Below are positions 1 through 11,270 of a stretch of 64,000 nt of DNA, in pieces. Where the stretch lies: contig OX337228.1 in assembly GCA_946965045.2 (NCBI GenBank), positions 4,650,001-4,714,000 of the forward strand. Direction: 5' to 3'. The DNA comes from Epithemia pelagica. Its lineage: Eukaryota > Protista > Bacillariophyta. The translations under genes were made by a program, and so were the position numbers. The notes below the pieces were generated by a model that did not search any database, was not told where the DNA came from, and saw only the letters and a program-made list of their open reading frames with translations. Within the stretch, counting starts at the first letter, position 1; every line of letters starts with the position of its first letter.

Positions 1-50
1 CGACGGATTTCCCTTCCTGATCTTTCTCCACAGAACATTCGTACGATCAT

Positions 51-2390
51 ATGGTTAGCGAGAACGCAGCTGCTCTAAGAAGAGAAAACTCATCTGTTTG
101 CCGTGGGCCAGATCTCAAACTCTACGTTCGCGATGTTCGAGACGCCACTGGAAGGAAGCGTTCGATTGTGGTTAAGTCATGGGCTACAGTGAAAGATGCC
201 AAAGAGGCCATCCAACAATGTATCGCTCAAGTACCTATTCATACCCAGCGCTTGTACTTTGGGAGCCCACTCATGAGCAGTGGGAAAGAGTTACCCAACT
301 ACCGAACGTTGAGTGACGCTGGTATCTATAGGTCTGGAGAAACTCTTTTCCTTGATATCATCTCTTCAGATGAAACATCGAAATCGTACTTGGGTGCTTC
401 GCCAACACTACAACGGATCCAAGGATCGAACGACATTTGCATTTCCACATCTTTGTTAAACTCAACTCCTAAATTGCTTTCACATACGATTCATGATGCA
501 AGGCGTGCATTTTCTCTGGGGATAAAACCTGACCTTATCATGGACGGTTCGGGTGGGTCTTATTACATCCATGATGTCAAGAAGAACAAGATCGCTGTGT
601 TTAAGCCAGCCGATGAAGAACCTTATGCAGAGAATAACCCTCGTGGTTATCTACCGCATCAGCAAGGGGGAGAATTTGAAGGTCTTCGTCAAGGAATTGC
701 TCCTGGGGAAGCGTGTATCCGAGAAGTAGCAGCGTATCTGCTTGATCACGACGGTTTCTCTGGCGTCCCGATGACAACATTAGCTGAAGCACGACACCCT
801 GCTTTCAATACTAATGGAGCTCGTCTCAAGGTATCGGAGGGTGGAGCTTCAATCGGGGCCCATTCACTTGGCTCGCCTTCTCGTTCGACCAGCGCTAGCC
901 AGGGAATTCCGAAGAAGGTTGGATCTTTTCAAGAATATGTACGTTCTGAATGTTCCATGGATGACATGAGTCCTAGCAAGATCTCTGTTGAGCAAGTCCA
1001 CAGGATTGCGGTTCTCGACATTCGATTGCTGAATGCCGATCGAAACGCAGCCAACTTGCTTTGCCGAAGATTGCGTGATAACAGTATCGAACTTGTTCCC
1101 ATTGATCATGGATACTGTTTACGGTCCATGTGTGACGTCTCGTGGATGGACTGGTGTTGGCTCGATTGGCCACAGGTGAAACAACCGATGAGTGCCAAAA
1201 CGAAAGATTACATAAAACGGCTCGATACGGAAAAAGATGCAAAGATTGTACAAGAGAGGCTGAACATATCGAATGTTGCCATTGATTACATCCGTGCTTC
1301 GACGGCTCTCCTCAAGGCAGGTGTTGAAGCTGGAATGTCTTTGTATGACATCGCCATTTTGTGCTGTCGCAATGACAATCTTGCCGAAACACCCTCTCTG
1401 CTTGAACATTTGACGGCAATGGCATCGGAACTTTCCAAGGTAGCCCTTGACAACGAAGAATGGCACCACGCCACTGCGTCAAGAGCACTTGAAGAGCAGC
1501 TGTCGCCCTACCGCAGCTCGAACGTCCAGATCAATTCTGGAATCAAGTCGAGAGATCGTTCGTCCAGTCGATTTCATCGGTGTGCGTCGAGTGGAGAGTT
1601 CCTTGTGTCAATTGACGTTGAGGACGAAAACCCCCGAAGCAATCTTAGTTTGGCTTTGGGGCAAAGCCATGCCCCTCCTCCTCCCCTGGCACTTTCGTCT
1701 GGTTCGGACTCTTCAGGTGATAACAACGAGGATGTGAAAGAAGATCAGGAGGAAATCGAAGAATGGGCTCACAATATCATTGAAGACTTCCAGCCTGTCC
1801 CCCATGCAAGAGTGGGACGGAAAACTCGCTCCGGATCCTCTTCGGATGAGGAGAGTTTGTCCACCTCGCCAAAGGGGTTCTGGCATGTACCACCAGGTTC
1901 TGTGGGTGATGCATCTTCTAAGTCGTCTTCATATGATGATGATAGCTTCGGCACTTCTCCCATGATCTCTGACAATTTCGTTGGCCCGTCTCCAGAAACA
2001 TTAGACGAACCATTGCGACGGCGAACGTCGGTGACCTTTGCCGATATGGATGACGAAAAGCCTCCTTCGCATGCTTTGGCAAGTGACAGTCCGCCAACAA
2101 TGGTCCTTTTGAGCCATCAACTCCTGTCGACGACACCAAAATTACATCGACTCGAGAGTGGGGCGAGCATACCCAGGAGCAAGAGTTACACTTCGTTGAG
2201 TCGACGATTTTCGTCCAACCTTTCTTCGGTTCCATCAACGGTATCCAAGACAGCGGAAACTAGAAACATTCAGCACAACGACCATGCGGAAGACCACGAG
2301 TTCTATCGGGCTTACTTTCTAAAGTTCATTGACTTGGTGATTTCCCGTGAAATGGCCCGCTTGCAAGTTCATGCTTCTGAAACAAGCTGA
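51..2390 (+). CDS. Type II phosphatidylinositol 4-kinase (plant PI4K-gamma-like) with N-terminal ubiquitin-like domain
   Basis: 779-aa ORF. Ubl-like segment (LKLYV...TVKDAKEAI...QRLYFG...RTLSDAGI), then PI4KII motifs [43 protein letters not shown] and PIDHGYCL. Ser-rich disordered C-terminus. Confidence 0.9.
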   Translation: MVSENAAALRRENSSVCRGPDLKLYVRDVRDATGRKRSIVVKSWATVKDAKEAIQQCIAQVPIHTQRLYFGSPLMSSGKELPNYRTLSDAGIYRSGETLFLDIISSDETSKSYLGASPTLQRIQGSNDICISTSLLNSTPKLLSHTIHDARRAFSLGIKPDLIMDGSGGSYYIHDVKKNKIAVFKPADEEPYAENNPRGYLPHQQGGEFEGLRQGIAPGEACIREVAAYLLDHDGFSGVPMTTLAEARHPAFNTNGARLKVSEGGASIGAHSLGSPSRSTSASQGIPKKVGSFQEYVRSECSMDDMSPSKISVEQVHRIAVLDIRLLNADRNAANLLCRRLRDNSIELVPIDHGYCLRSMCDVSWMDWCWLDWPQVKQPMSAKTKDYIKRLDTEKDAKIVQERLNISNVAIDYIRASTALLKAGVEAGMSLYDIAILCCRNDNLAETPSLLEHLTAMASELSKVALDNEEWHHATASRALEEQLSPYRSSNVQINSGIKSRDRSSSRFHRCASSGEFLVSIDVEDENPRSNLSLALGQSHAPPPPLALSSGSDSSGDNNEDVKEDQEEIEEWAHNIIEDFQPVPHARVGRKTRSGSSSDEESLSTSPKGFWHVPPGSVGDASSKSSSYDDDSFGTSPMISDNFVGPSPETLDEPLRRRTSVTFADMDDEKPPSHALASDSPPTMVLLSHQLLSTTPKLHRLESGASIPRSKSYTSLSRRFSSNLSSVPSTVSKTAETRNIQHNDHAEDHEFYRAYFLKFIDLVISREMARLQVHASETS

Positions 2391-2536
2391 AAATTATGGC
2401 ACCTCCCAGCCTCAAACAATCTTTTTGACGACCGCACTTGTCTGTCATTATCTACATATGTAGCCACTATGTTTTGATTGAAAATAATATTCTCTAATGT
2501 TGGATTGCTAGTACATGGTTTTCATGCCCAGCAACT

Positions 2537-3532
2537 TTACGACTCTTTGCCGTCCATACGAATCCACTCATCTTTCACTATCGAACGAACCTCCTCAAGC
2601 AGTTGCCGGTTCGTAGCACATATGTGGTGTTTGGTATACAAATCGAAGGGTTCATCTTTGTGTTGGTCAAAGGTTTCCAGCAGACATCCAGCTTCTTGTA
2701 CGATGACGGCTCCGGCACAGAGATCCCAAGGTTTCCAACCCTCACCAGCTACACCAGAATAAACAGCATCGATTCTACCAAGGGCAACGTAGCAAAGATC
2801 AAGAACACCACTACCAAACTGCCTCATCCCTCTGCATCCATGAACCAAGATCTTATGAGAGGCTGCGATCATGGCGGCAGCAGGTTCTGGTTGTCGTACA
2901 TAGCCAAACTCAAAGCCCACGATCGCTTGCGATAGTGTCTTTTCAGAAGATGGCTTTGAAAGAAGCCTTTTTCCATTCCGATAGGCTCCGTGCCCGGACA
3001 CGGCAATGTAGAGTTCATCCATCATGGGAACATACACTACTCCCATAACAGGTTTGCCCTTGTCGCAAAGGCCTATACTCACGCAAGTCAGAGGTAAACC
3101 AACCGCAAAATTTGTCGTGCCATCAATAGGATCAATAATCCAGGTTAGATTGTCTGTCAACGGTGGGATGGGTCCTGTACCTGTGGTTTCTTCCCCGATA
3201 ATACTGTCGCTGGGAAACATGGCTTGGATCCCTTTCATTACCAAGTTTTCGTTTTCCACATCTACTTGGGTACAAAAATCTTCTGGGTTCCCCTTGAACT
3301 CCAAACTCAACTGGCGCTCTTTCGTTAGCTCGGCCTCGGTCCCCTTTTCGTCGCAATAAGGAAACATATTGGCACCGGCTTGAAGAGCCAACTGGACCGC
3401 CAAGTCGACATGTCGAGCCAAACTACTGGAACGAATTTCGGCGGGGGTTTCATATTTTTTCTTCTTGATACTGCCAAGTAACGCGTAGCATACTGCTCCG
3501 GCAACGAAAGATGACACGGCGAGAATTGCCAT
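2537..3532 (-). CDS. Inositol monophosphatase
   Basis: Motifs DFCTQVDVENE, IIGEE, WIIDPIDGTTNF, GSGVLDLCYVALG and WDLCAG. Likely start MAILAVSSF at 3532; the ORF is open to 3709. Confidence 0.92.
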   Translation of the reverse strand: MAILAVSSFVAGAVCYALLGSIKKKKYETPAEIRSSSLARHVDLAVQLALQAGANMFPYCDEKGTEAELTKERQLSLEFKGNPEDFCTQVDVENENLVMKGIQAMFPSDSIIGEETTGTGPIPPLTDNLTWIIDPIDGTTNFAVGLPLTCVSIGLCDKGKPVMGVVYVPMMDELYIAVSGHGAYRNGKRLLSKPSSEKTLSQAIVGFEFGYVRQPEPAAAMIAASHKILVHGCRGMRQFGSGVLDLCYVALGRIDAVYSGVAGEGWKPWDLCAGAVIVQEAGCLLETFDQHKDEPFDLYTKHHICATNRQLLEEVRSIVKDEWIRMDGKES

Positions 3533-3698
3533 GGATTCATTTCGAAGCGACGGCGACAGAGTCATGGTGGTGATTTTTGAAGCCGTGAGTACGTACTCTT
3601 GCCACTGCGACTGCCACCGATGCAGCATCTCGACCAACCTGCGACTCGAATCCCTTGAGTGGATCCTGGCTACAACCAAGAAGAAAACGAGTACGGCC

Positions 3699-6600
3699 AT
3701 GACGGCCACTCAATCAACTCCAAAGCCTGCTATGGTTCAACAACCTTCTTCGTTTGTTTATAATCAAGAAATACCGGACGTGGAGGAGGCGTTTAAGCGA
3801 GCCCGAAGTTCCTTAGACACTGGTTCATCGTTTTCGTTGTCATGGGAGCCTCAGCAACGCCACCAAACGGATCATTCTTCTTCATTTTCCCGCGAAGATC
3901 GGTGTGATGGAAAAAAGAAGGATTCTGCAGCCGAAACCTCTCGGCGTCCTTCCACTCCGTCTGGATTTTGGAGAAACGGGTGTCCGTGTCGTCATATTAA
4001 AGAATACCTGCCGTTGGAATTGGAACTGCAGTTTGGCTTGCGTCAAATCACAAATGTCAACAGTCCGATGGGCAACAATTCATCGACCACATCTTCTTTG
4101 CCTCCATCTCAACAACAGTATTCATTGTGGTTGTGCAATCCTATCCATGCCTTACACATGTCATCACAAGGATTATGTGAATTGACCAAATCCGCTGCCG
4201 CACAACAAGCCGCTGCTGCGGCGGCTGCTGCTGCTGCCTCTGGAAATTCAGACAAAGCGAAACAAAAACAAAAGGCACCAACTGTTACACAACCAATGCT
4301 CTACGGAGATGAACAAGAACGGTCCATGGCTGCGCAAGTGTCAGGTTTACATGAACTCTGGCATCCTTCCATCCAGTCATTTCCACCCCAGCCTCAGCAA
4401 CCTCGGGGCGACAGTGATGACGAGTTGAAGAAGAAAAAGAAAAAGCAGAAGGATGCCTTACAGCGACAACGACAACAGGATTCTCAAGCAACTGCTGCTG
4501 TTACGCCGGAGTCATTGAGTATAAAGCCGGCGTCAAACAGTACGAAGCAAGAGGTTAGTAAATCAAATCAGTCCATCATAAGTGGTACTTCGTCCGAGCT
4601 TCAGAATGATTCATCGGACGTTACAAAACCTATCACCATTGGAAAAGATCAATCGGAAAAAGCTACGGATGCACAGGTCGATTCAGTCGCTCGGCATACC
4701 GACTCGGTAGAGCTAGAGGCATTAAAATCTGGTCAAGGCCTATCGACGAACCCCATGCAGAGTGGAAAAGGCACTGCGTTGAATCCCAAGCAGGAGGATC
4801 GGGAAGAGTCACCATCAAACAATGAGAAAAATGACGAAGGGAAAACTAGCTTTGAAGAAAGAGCTGAAAATCAGGACGCAACTAAAGCATCCAAAGGAGA
4901 AGAAGTTATAAAGACCGAAACTGTTGATTCATCTGAGGCTTCTGGTGCGAAAATTCTGTTGACAGAAGAAGGCAAAATCACTGGAGGAGGAATGGAACAA
5001 GATGCCAAGGCGAGCGGGAGCTGCGACAAAAAGGAACAAGGGGCGTCTCCATCGGAACAACCACTAAATCATCAAAAGGACTCAGAGAAAACGGACAAAG
5101 CTGACAAAGGGAAGGCAGACGAGCTCTCCGGAACATCTTCAACCAAACCCGACCATGGAGATGTTGCCGAAAGTAAAAGCACAAAAACAGAAGATAATAG
5201 CAAGTCAAACAAGAAAGAAGTTCCTGAGAACGTGACATCCAAGGAGAAGGGTGATCATCATCATTCCCTCTTGGATGATAGTGCGTTTAAACTATATCAC
5301 AAACGTGAAGAAAATGTGCGGGCCATTCGGCGGGCACTTCTGGGGAAACGGGGGCCTTTAGCAACATCTGCGAAGCTACCTCCTGACCCGTCACAACATC
5401 ATTCCTTAATCGCACCAGTTTCGGTGCGCTCGTCGGTTGGTTCTAGTCCATCCCAAAAGACACCTTCACGCGACACCTCCAGCTCCGCTATCGTCTCTTC
5501 CGGATCTGTTAATGCAAATAAAGGAGCCAAAAAGAAAAGTTCGAAAAAGACCGCATCTGGGTCTGGCCAAAAGTCTTCTTCAACCAACAGTTCGACTCCT
5601 TCGCATCTGACACAGCTGGTTTCGTATGAGGTTCCGTTGGTTGAAAACAAAGTTATGTCCAGCATTGCGTACCTCCACCAGCAGTATCAAGAACGAGTCT
5701 TCCAACAAGTGGAACAATGGATGACTCATTACCGCCTCGCAGTGCTGACAAGCACCACTATGGAAGTCGAATCATTTAGAACTGGGAAGCGAAAAAGGAA
5801 TCAACAACCAGTCCAAGTGAAGAAAAGAATGTTTGGGGAGACTTTACCGACGGATGGAATAAAGGTGAATAGGCAATTCGACAATACTGCGAGCGCAAAA
5901 TGGAACAAACGCTTCTTATTTGGCGAAGACAACAGGGAAACTCCCGATCTCCATGACAGGGAACAGAATCTGAATACGTCTACTCTGTGTCCTCCCTGCA
6001 CCACAAACACATCTGGGGAGATCATAATGTATTGTTTGCATTGTGGCTACGTCGCGTCCAAGAATCGTATGCGCCGGCATATGGTCCTGGAACAGCATTG
6101 GCTAGCTGTGACAGGATTAAAAGTGTCTGATGCCTCAAATACTTTTGAGGTGTCTTCATCTATTCTTCAACCTAGACGACAACTATATTGCTTCCATTGC
6201 GATGAATTCTACCAGCATGTGGTATTCTTGCAGGAGGAAGAACGAATGGCTGTTCAAAAGCTCCTTCCGTGGATGTCCTGGGATACTAAATCCCTTAAGA
6301 CTCACCAACGATCATTCGACCCTCTGCGATTCACTAGGATACCTGGTGTCGGAATATTTTGGACTGGCTTTCAAGCTACATATCCTTTAAATGTGCCAAA
6401 TCATCATATACAGGCTTCACGTATCTGTCGTCTCCGCCGACAGCTTGTGGAGTACCCACCGTCATTTTGTTTTGAAGACTCATGTTCGCCACCGTCTCCT
6501 TGTGTTGCTTTTCCTCTTGGAACTGTACCAAACAACAGCCGCAATCGCAACCTTGAGTTGATGCGAGACCTTGTGTCTGTTGTCAAGGATAAAATCCGGA

Positions 6601-7940
6601 AGCCTGTTGGGATGTACAATTTGGGCCACACTTGCTTCCAGTCAGCAGTTTTCCAATGCCTTATTCACTGCGGAGCATTGCAAACGTACTTCCTGCATGA
6701 TGTTGGGCATTCTATGCACGCGTGTCATATCTACCGCTCATACATGACGAAGAGACTTCAGGAGGAGACACGTTCGTCCATGCAGCGTCACATGAGAAAC
6801 CACGACCTTCCTCCTGTCTGTTTGGCTTCTGAAATGGATCGGATGTTCTTGCACTACCAAAGCCGAAGCAGTGGGATCAACGTGCTCAAGGCTATGGATG
6901 ACCTCGCTGACCGTGTTCTACGGGCCCCAGTTGCCACCATGGATTTGCTATTTAACCCGTTGGCACTTCTGCGGGAAGCAGACGATGGTGCCGTCGTTGA
7001 ACGTGTCGCTAGAGGCGAACCCCTCATCGAACACAAAGACTTGCTTGCTGCTACCTGGAACTGCAAACAAATGGCTCATTTAGCAGGTTACGATCAAAGG
7101 GATGCTCATGAATTCCTTCACGCTTTCTTGGAGACCCTGGGACAGCATACGCAGCAGTTTCGAAGGATGGTGAGTGACTCGGTCAATACCAAGAAAAAGA
7201 ATATGGAAGGCCAGAAAAGTTCTCCCGAGACACAGACCAATGTCATCCAAGACATCTTTGAAGGCACTCTTCGCTCTGTTTTGCGGTGTCAACAGTGCGG
7301 CGAAAAGCGTGTGAAAAAAGAATCGTTTTTGAGCATATCCTTGGATCTTTCTAAAGAAGTGCAGAAAACTGCAACCACCAGTGCTCAAGTGGGACCAAGT
7401 TTGTCCCTTTCATCTCCCTCCGGTATTGAGACGCGGAAGCTGTCTGTCGAGAAGTGCTTGCACCATTTTACAACTCCCGAAGAATTGGTGGATCCAGTGC
7501 ATTGTCCCTTGTGTGCAAAGAAGACTACGACGACGAAGCAACTCGTCATTTCTCATTTGCCACGTGTGCTGTGTTTGCATCTGAAGCGATTTCAGGGAGC
7601 TACCGGGCGGAAGCTAGAAGCTTTTGTGTCTTTTCCGTCGGATGATTTGAACTTGGGACCATATCTGCCGCAATGGTGCGAGGACTCTGGGCCTTACCAA
7701 ACCTCGTCCATGGTGAATGACGGTCATTTGGAAGAACAGCCTCCACATGTTCCGTACAAATTGTTTGCGACCGTCAATCACTATGGCAATCTTCAAAGTG
7801 GCCACTACGTGTCGTACGTCAAGGTTGACGATGAGTGGTATCACTGCAATGATTCACACATTAGCTACACAACTGAATCTCACGTGTTGCAACAAGGGAA
7901 CGCTTATCTACTCTTCTATTTGCGCGACGACAAGTCGTAA
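3699..7940 (+). CDS. Ubiquitin-specific protease (C19), USP22/Ubp8-like, with ZnF-UBP and a long disordered N-terminus
   Basis: Cys box GMYNLGHTCFQSAVFQCL, QRDAHEF, His box NHYGNLQSGHY and AYLLFY. Upstream Cys/His cluster (CLHCG...H...H...YCFHCDEF) fits ZnF-UBP. Start uncertain; the ORF is open from 3531. Confidence 0.85.
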   Translation: MTATQSTPKPAMVQQPSSFVYNQEIPDVEEAFKRARSSLDTGSSFSLSWEPQQRHQTDHSSSFSREDRCDGKKKDSAAETSRRPSTPSGFWRNGCPCRHIKEYLPLELELQFGLRQITNVNSPMGNNSSTTSSLPPSQQQYSLWLCNPIHALHMSSQGLCELTKSAAAQQAAAAAAAAAASGNSDKAKQKQKAPTVTQPMLYGDEQERSMAAQVSGLHELWHPSIQSFPPQPQQPRGDSDDELKKKKKKQKDALQRQRQQDSQATAAVTPESLSIKPASNSTKQEVSKSNQSIISGTSSELQNDSSDVTKPITIGKDQSEKATDAQVDSVARHTDSVELEALKSGQGLSTNPMQSGKGTALNPKQEDREESPSNNEKNDEGKTSFEERAENQDATKASKGEEVIKTETVDSSEASGAKILLTEEGKITGGGMEQDAKASGSCDKKEQGASPSEQPLNHQKDSEKTDKADKGKADELSGTSSTKPDHGDVAESKSTKTEDNSKSNKKEVPENVTSKEKGDHHHSLLDDSAFKLYHKREENVRAIRRALLGKRGPLATSAKLPPDPSQHHSLIAPVSVRSSVGSSPSQKTPSRDTSSSAIVSSGSVNANKGAKKKSSKKTASGSGQKSSSTNSSTPSHLTQLVSYEVPLVENKVMSSIAYLHQQYQERVFQQVEQWMTHYRLAVLTSTTMEVESFRTGKRKRNQQPVQVKKRMFGETLPTDGIKVNRQFDNTASAKWNKRFLFGEDNRETPDLHDREQNLNTSTLCPPCTTNTSGEIIMYCLHCGYVASKNRMRRHMVLEQHWLAVTGLKVSDASNTFEVSSSILQPRRQLYCFHCDEFYQHVVFLQEEERMAVQKLLPWMSWDTKSLKTHQRSFDPLRFTRIPGVGIFWTGFQATYPLNVPNHHIQASRICRLRRQLVEYPPSFCFEDSCSPPSPCVAFPLGTVPNNSRNRNLELMRDLVSVVKDKIRKPVGMYNLGHTCFQSAVFQCLIHCGALQTYFLHDVGHSMHACHIYRSYMTKRLQEETRSSMQRHMRNHDLPPVCLASEMDRMFLHYQSRSSGINVLKAMDDLADRVLRAPVATMDLLFNPLALLREADDGAVVERVARGEPLIEHKDLLAATWNCKQMAHLAGYDQRDAHEFLHAFLETLGQHTQQFRRMVSDSVNTKKKNMEGQKSSPETQTNVIQDIFEGTLRSVLRCQQCGEKRVKKESFLSISLDLSKEVQKTATTSAQVGPSLSLSSPSGIETRKLSVEKCLHHFTTPEELVDPVHCPLCAKKTTTTKQLVISHLPRVLCLHLKRFQGATGRKLEAFVSFPSDDLNLGPYLPQWCEDSGPYQTSSMVNDGHLEEQPPHVPYKLFATVNHYGNLQSGHYVSYVKVDDEWYHCNDSHISYTTESHVLQQGNAYLLFYLRDDKS

Positions 7941-8286
7941 TTCTAGCGCCCTGGCCCTGCGTATGTGAGAGCGCTTCATACAATACCGTACTTTGAAATA
8001 CAAGTGGTAGAGTTACCGGTACCTCTTTTATCAGTCGAAAGAAATTAATAACATTTCAAGATTCCAGGGACGAAAATCATGTCTTTACCCAGAGCTGAGT
8101 AAGCGTACGTTCATGAAGATCATTTTCGCTCGTCCATACGATATTTGGCAAACTTCGAGTGGCTTTCGCCGTTTAGAATACCCCGTTCAAAATAATCCTC
8201 TAATGCCACACTGGATACGTTATCCGTACGATTCAAGCCATCGCTCTCGACGACCGATTCTTCAAAATCAGAGGCCACTTCAATTA

Positions 8287-9942
8287 CTACACCACGGGGA
8301 CGGTCAGGCAGCCGCATTGGCCACGGGGACGGTCAGGCAGCCGCATTGGCCACGGAAGGGAATCGGGAGTTTCCTGTGAAGGTGGGTGTTCCGTAGTAGA
8401 CGGCCATGCAAATTGAATTCGTCGAACGGGAGGCCGAAACGACGAGCGGTAGGAGGGGTCTGTGCTCGTAAAAATATCTTCACTGTTGACATTAAGGCGA
8501 CTGGGTGAGTTAGAATTGTTGAATTGGCATCCTTCGGAGAATTTCTTTGAAACGACTGTCGAGAACGGTCTATCATATCTTCCTCTACCACTGCCGTTGT
8601 TGGTTTCAACCTTCTGTCGAGAGGAACGACACAAACTGTTTCGTTTGGAGGTTAAGGATTCGTCCATGGACGAGGAGGATTGAGCACTTTGTGTTCTTGA
8701 TTCTTCTTGTCCACCCAAGGATGCATTAGGCAGTTTGTTGCCATTCTTGACGGGACGGCGATGTTTATTCTTTCTTTTCCGTTGATTCTTTTCACGGAGT
8801 TGCATGTATCCTAGTAACAGGAACATACCACCAAACATTACTGCCACACTAAACACAATCAATCCAATCACAAGGAAGAAATCTTTATTTCTCGTGCTAT
8901 CGGACTTCTCTTCTTCAGCGACATCAGATGTGTCGTCACCTATGCCTTCACCATTGTTTGTGCCCTCTTCTCCTGAAATAATGCGTATGAAGGAATCTGC
9001 AGGTGCAAGTCGAACCACATTTCCATCACTTCCCAGAATGTTCGGAAACAACGAGTCCAAGCCTTTAAAGACAAAGCGGGTTAGATCAGCGACGCTTTGT
9101 TGTGTTCCCTGCCCGAAAACCTTGACAGTGGACGAATAGATCCGACATTTACTTCTTTCATTTTGTGTTCCTTCTTCACCGCTGTAGTGGCAAGGACCTG
9201 GGGCATCAAAGTGACTGGTTGAGGATTAACGTCTCGAAAAGTTATCAACTTTCAATGTGGGAGAAAACTTACGTGATCCAGGCATTTCGAAGTCAAACCA
9301 AAAACCAGTCACAGTATACGGCCGAGCTCTATCACCTGCGGCAAACGTCCCATTTCTCTCTTGAGAGAATTTCTCCTCATTGTATCCACTTTGTTTGTAA
9401 GAGTCAAAAGCGCATACTGAAGGAAAGGTCCCAGACAAAAGAGCGTCCATGACACCATCATGAACTCGACGTAGAAGTAAAACCAGCGCATCGCCGTTTT
9501 CTTCTTGGATAAAGGACGTCTCCAGCTCGTAGCTGTACGAGAATTTTGTGGAATCAGAGTTTTTGATCTGGCTTCCTATTTCGTTTTGCGCGTTTAGCGA
9601 CAAAGAGGGTAAAATATTGGACGGTGTCGATCCAAAGTAGCCATTTCCAGCCGGACGACATGGTGATTGCATGAGCTGTGTCGCAAGAATGGTGCTGCTC
9701 GTTCTCGGAACAAACAGTTTATTGACATTTTTCTGCTGAAAAAGAGAAGTGTGTCGAGAGTTTATCAGTTCTTGTGCGTCGAGAGAAGTTGACACTTCTG
9801 CAAGACGCTGTTGATATTGCGATCGTAGTTGAACATGTGACTTCTTCCACATTACTGGACTTTCTATTTCTGCACCAAATGTGTTTATGGACGATGTGGA
9901 TACAAATAAAACAATAGTTCGAACAAATACTTTTTTCTCCAT
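8287..9942 (-). CDS. Single-pass membrane protein of unknown function (signal peptide, luminal domain, TM, Ser/Arg-rich tail), probably one intron near 9215-9270
   Basis: ORF 9226-9942 starts with a signal-peptide-like stretch. The frame of ORF 8287-9060 is open upstream to about 9214 and has TM FFLVIGLIVFSVAVMFGGMFLLLGYM followed by a basic stop-transfer. A GTAAGT donor and CAG acceptor lie between the ORFs, but I could not resolve the splice phase. Confidence 0.55.
8292..8355. repeat. 29-bp perfect tandem duplication (2 copies plus 6 bp)
   Basis: ccacggggacggtcaggcagccgcattgg at 8292-8320 and 8321-8349, then ccacgg. Confidence 0.97.
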
Positions 9943-10530
9943 TGTGCCAGCTTCGAAGTCTTTAAAACGAAATTTCCAATCGCAATACCTCCCATTGGAG
10001 CACTCGAATGCAATGGCAACCTTGTATCATCTGCCTGACAAAGTTTCAGTTAGTTGACGTATCAAGTCTCACGAGAGTCCATGGCAGAAGTATCAGGGAC
10101 AATCAGAAATCATGAGCGGCCCAAATTCGTCGCTCATGGAGTCTTGTTTTGTCGGCGCCGCACCCGCACCTCTACCCTCGACCCGGAAGCTTGGCCCGCG
10201 CACGGGAGACCCGAGAAAAATCCCTCCGATTGCGGGGGTACCTCCCTTCTGCTGTCCATACGGTTATTCTCAAATTTTCCTAAAAAATGTTAAAATTATT
10301 TCTGTCAAATTTCTTTCGATCTAGCACATTATTATAACGTCCAAGCCAACTGTAATAACTGGCTTCGCCCTACTGTGTAGCCGCTTGCGCTCATGCATGA
10401 CCGTGAGCCGTGAGACTTGACGAGACATGATGGACAAAGAAATCTACGAGCCCATTTTGTACTCAATAGTCTATTGTTTCAGAAGCGAGTACTCTTTACG
10501 CAGTAGTGGATCTAGCTTCACGGAATCATC

Positions 10531-10551
10531 ACACACACACACACACACACA
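10531..10551. repeat. (AC)n microsatellite
   Basis: About 10 AC units read directly. Confidence 0.9.
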
Positions 10552-10942
10552 CCAAACCATCAAATACACACACATGGTGCAATGCACCTCTAGAGGAGTA
10601 TCAAAACAAGCTCCTGGCACTTTGTCTATGGGAAAGATAAAAGCATAGTCCACTACTAGTTTAGGCTTCCTGCTTCCTGGGCTTACATACCCCATGATGA
10701 CGCTGTCAACCAGTGCACTGGTTGATTGTTCATTGCACTGGTTGATTGTCATGTTTCATGTTGTCATCCTTCCTTTGATGCATTCCACCTTCACTTGTGA
10801 TCTAGGTGGATGGTTTTGACCATAAGTTGTCACTTTGGTCGTTCGTCCGGCTGGGTGGTTTTCTTTTGGTTTTTGGTGTGCTCAGTGCTCATGGTCGTCT
10901 TTTGTGGTGTTGCTCGAAAAGTGAGACGATTCTTGGCCCATG

Positions 10943-11116
10943 TGTATAAATCCTGCCACTACACGCTACAACACGGTGTATACGGCGTGCAACAAGTGGC
11001 TAGACCAAAATTATAACTAGAAAACTAGATGCGTAGCAGCATATGTAGGCGATGCATATTCGCCAATATGCGACCATGTATCCGCCAATATGCGACCTGT
11101 TGGCGGGATTTATTCA
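10943..11116 (-). repeat. 3' LTR (174 bp)
   Basis: Identical by eye to 17855-18028. 16-bp imperfect terminal inverted repeat TG(A/T)ATAAATCC(C/T)GCCA. Confidence 0.97.
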
Positions 11117-11270
11117 GTCCCCGCGAGCTAGATCGGAAGCATTTCGACTAGGTCGCCCACGACTTGTTTCAGCAGAGGCCGGTCCATCAGGACTATTTTT
11201 TCTCAATTAAGAGGGGTGTCTATTCGGACAATAAAAGAGGGGTGTGAGGACAATGAATTCGATCATGTAA

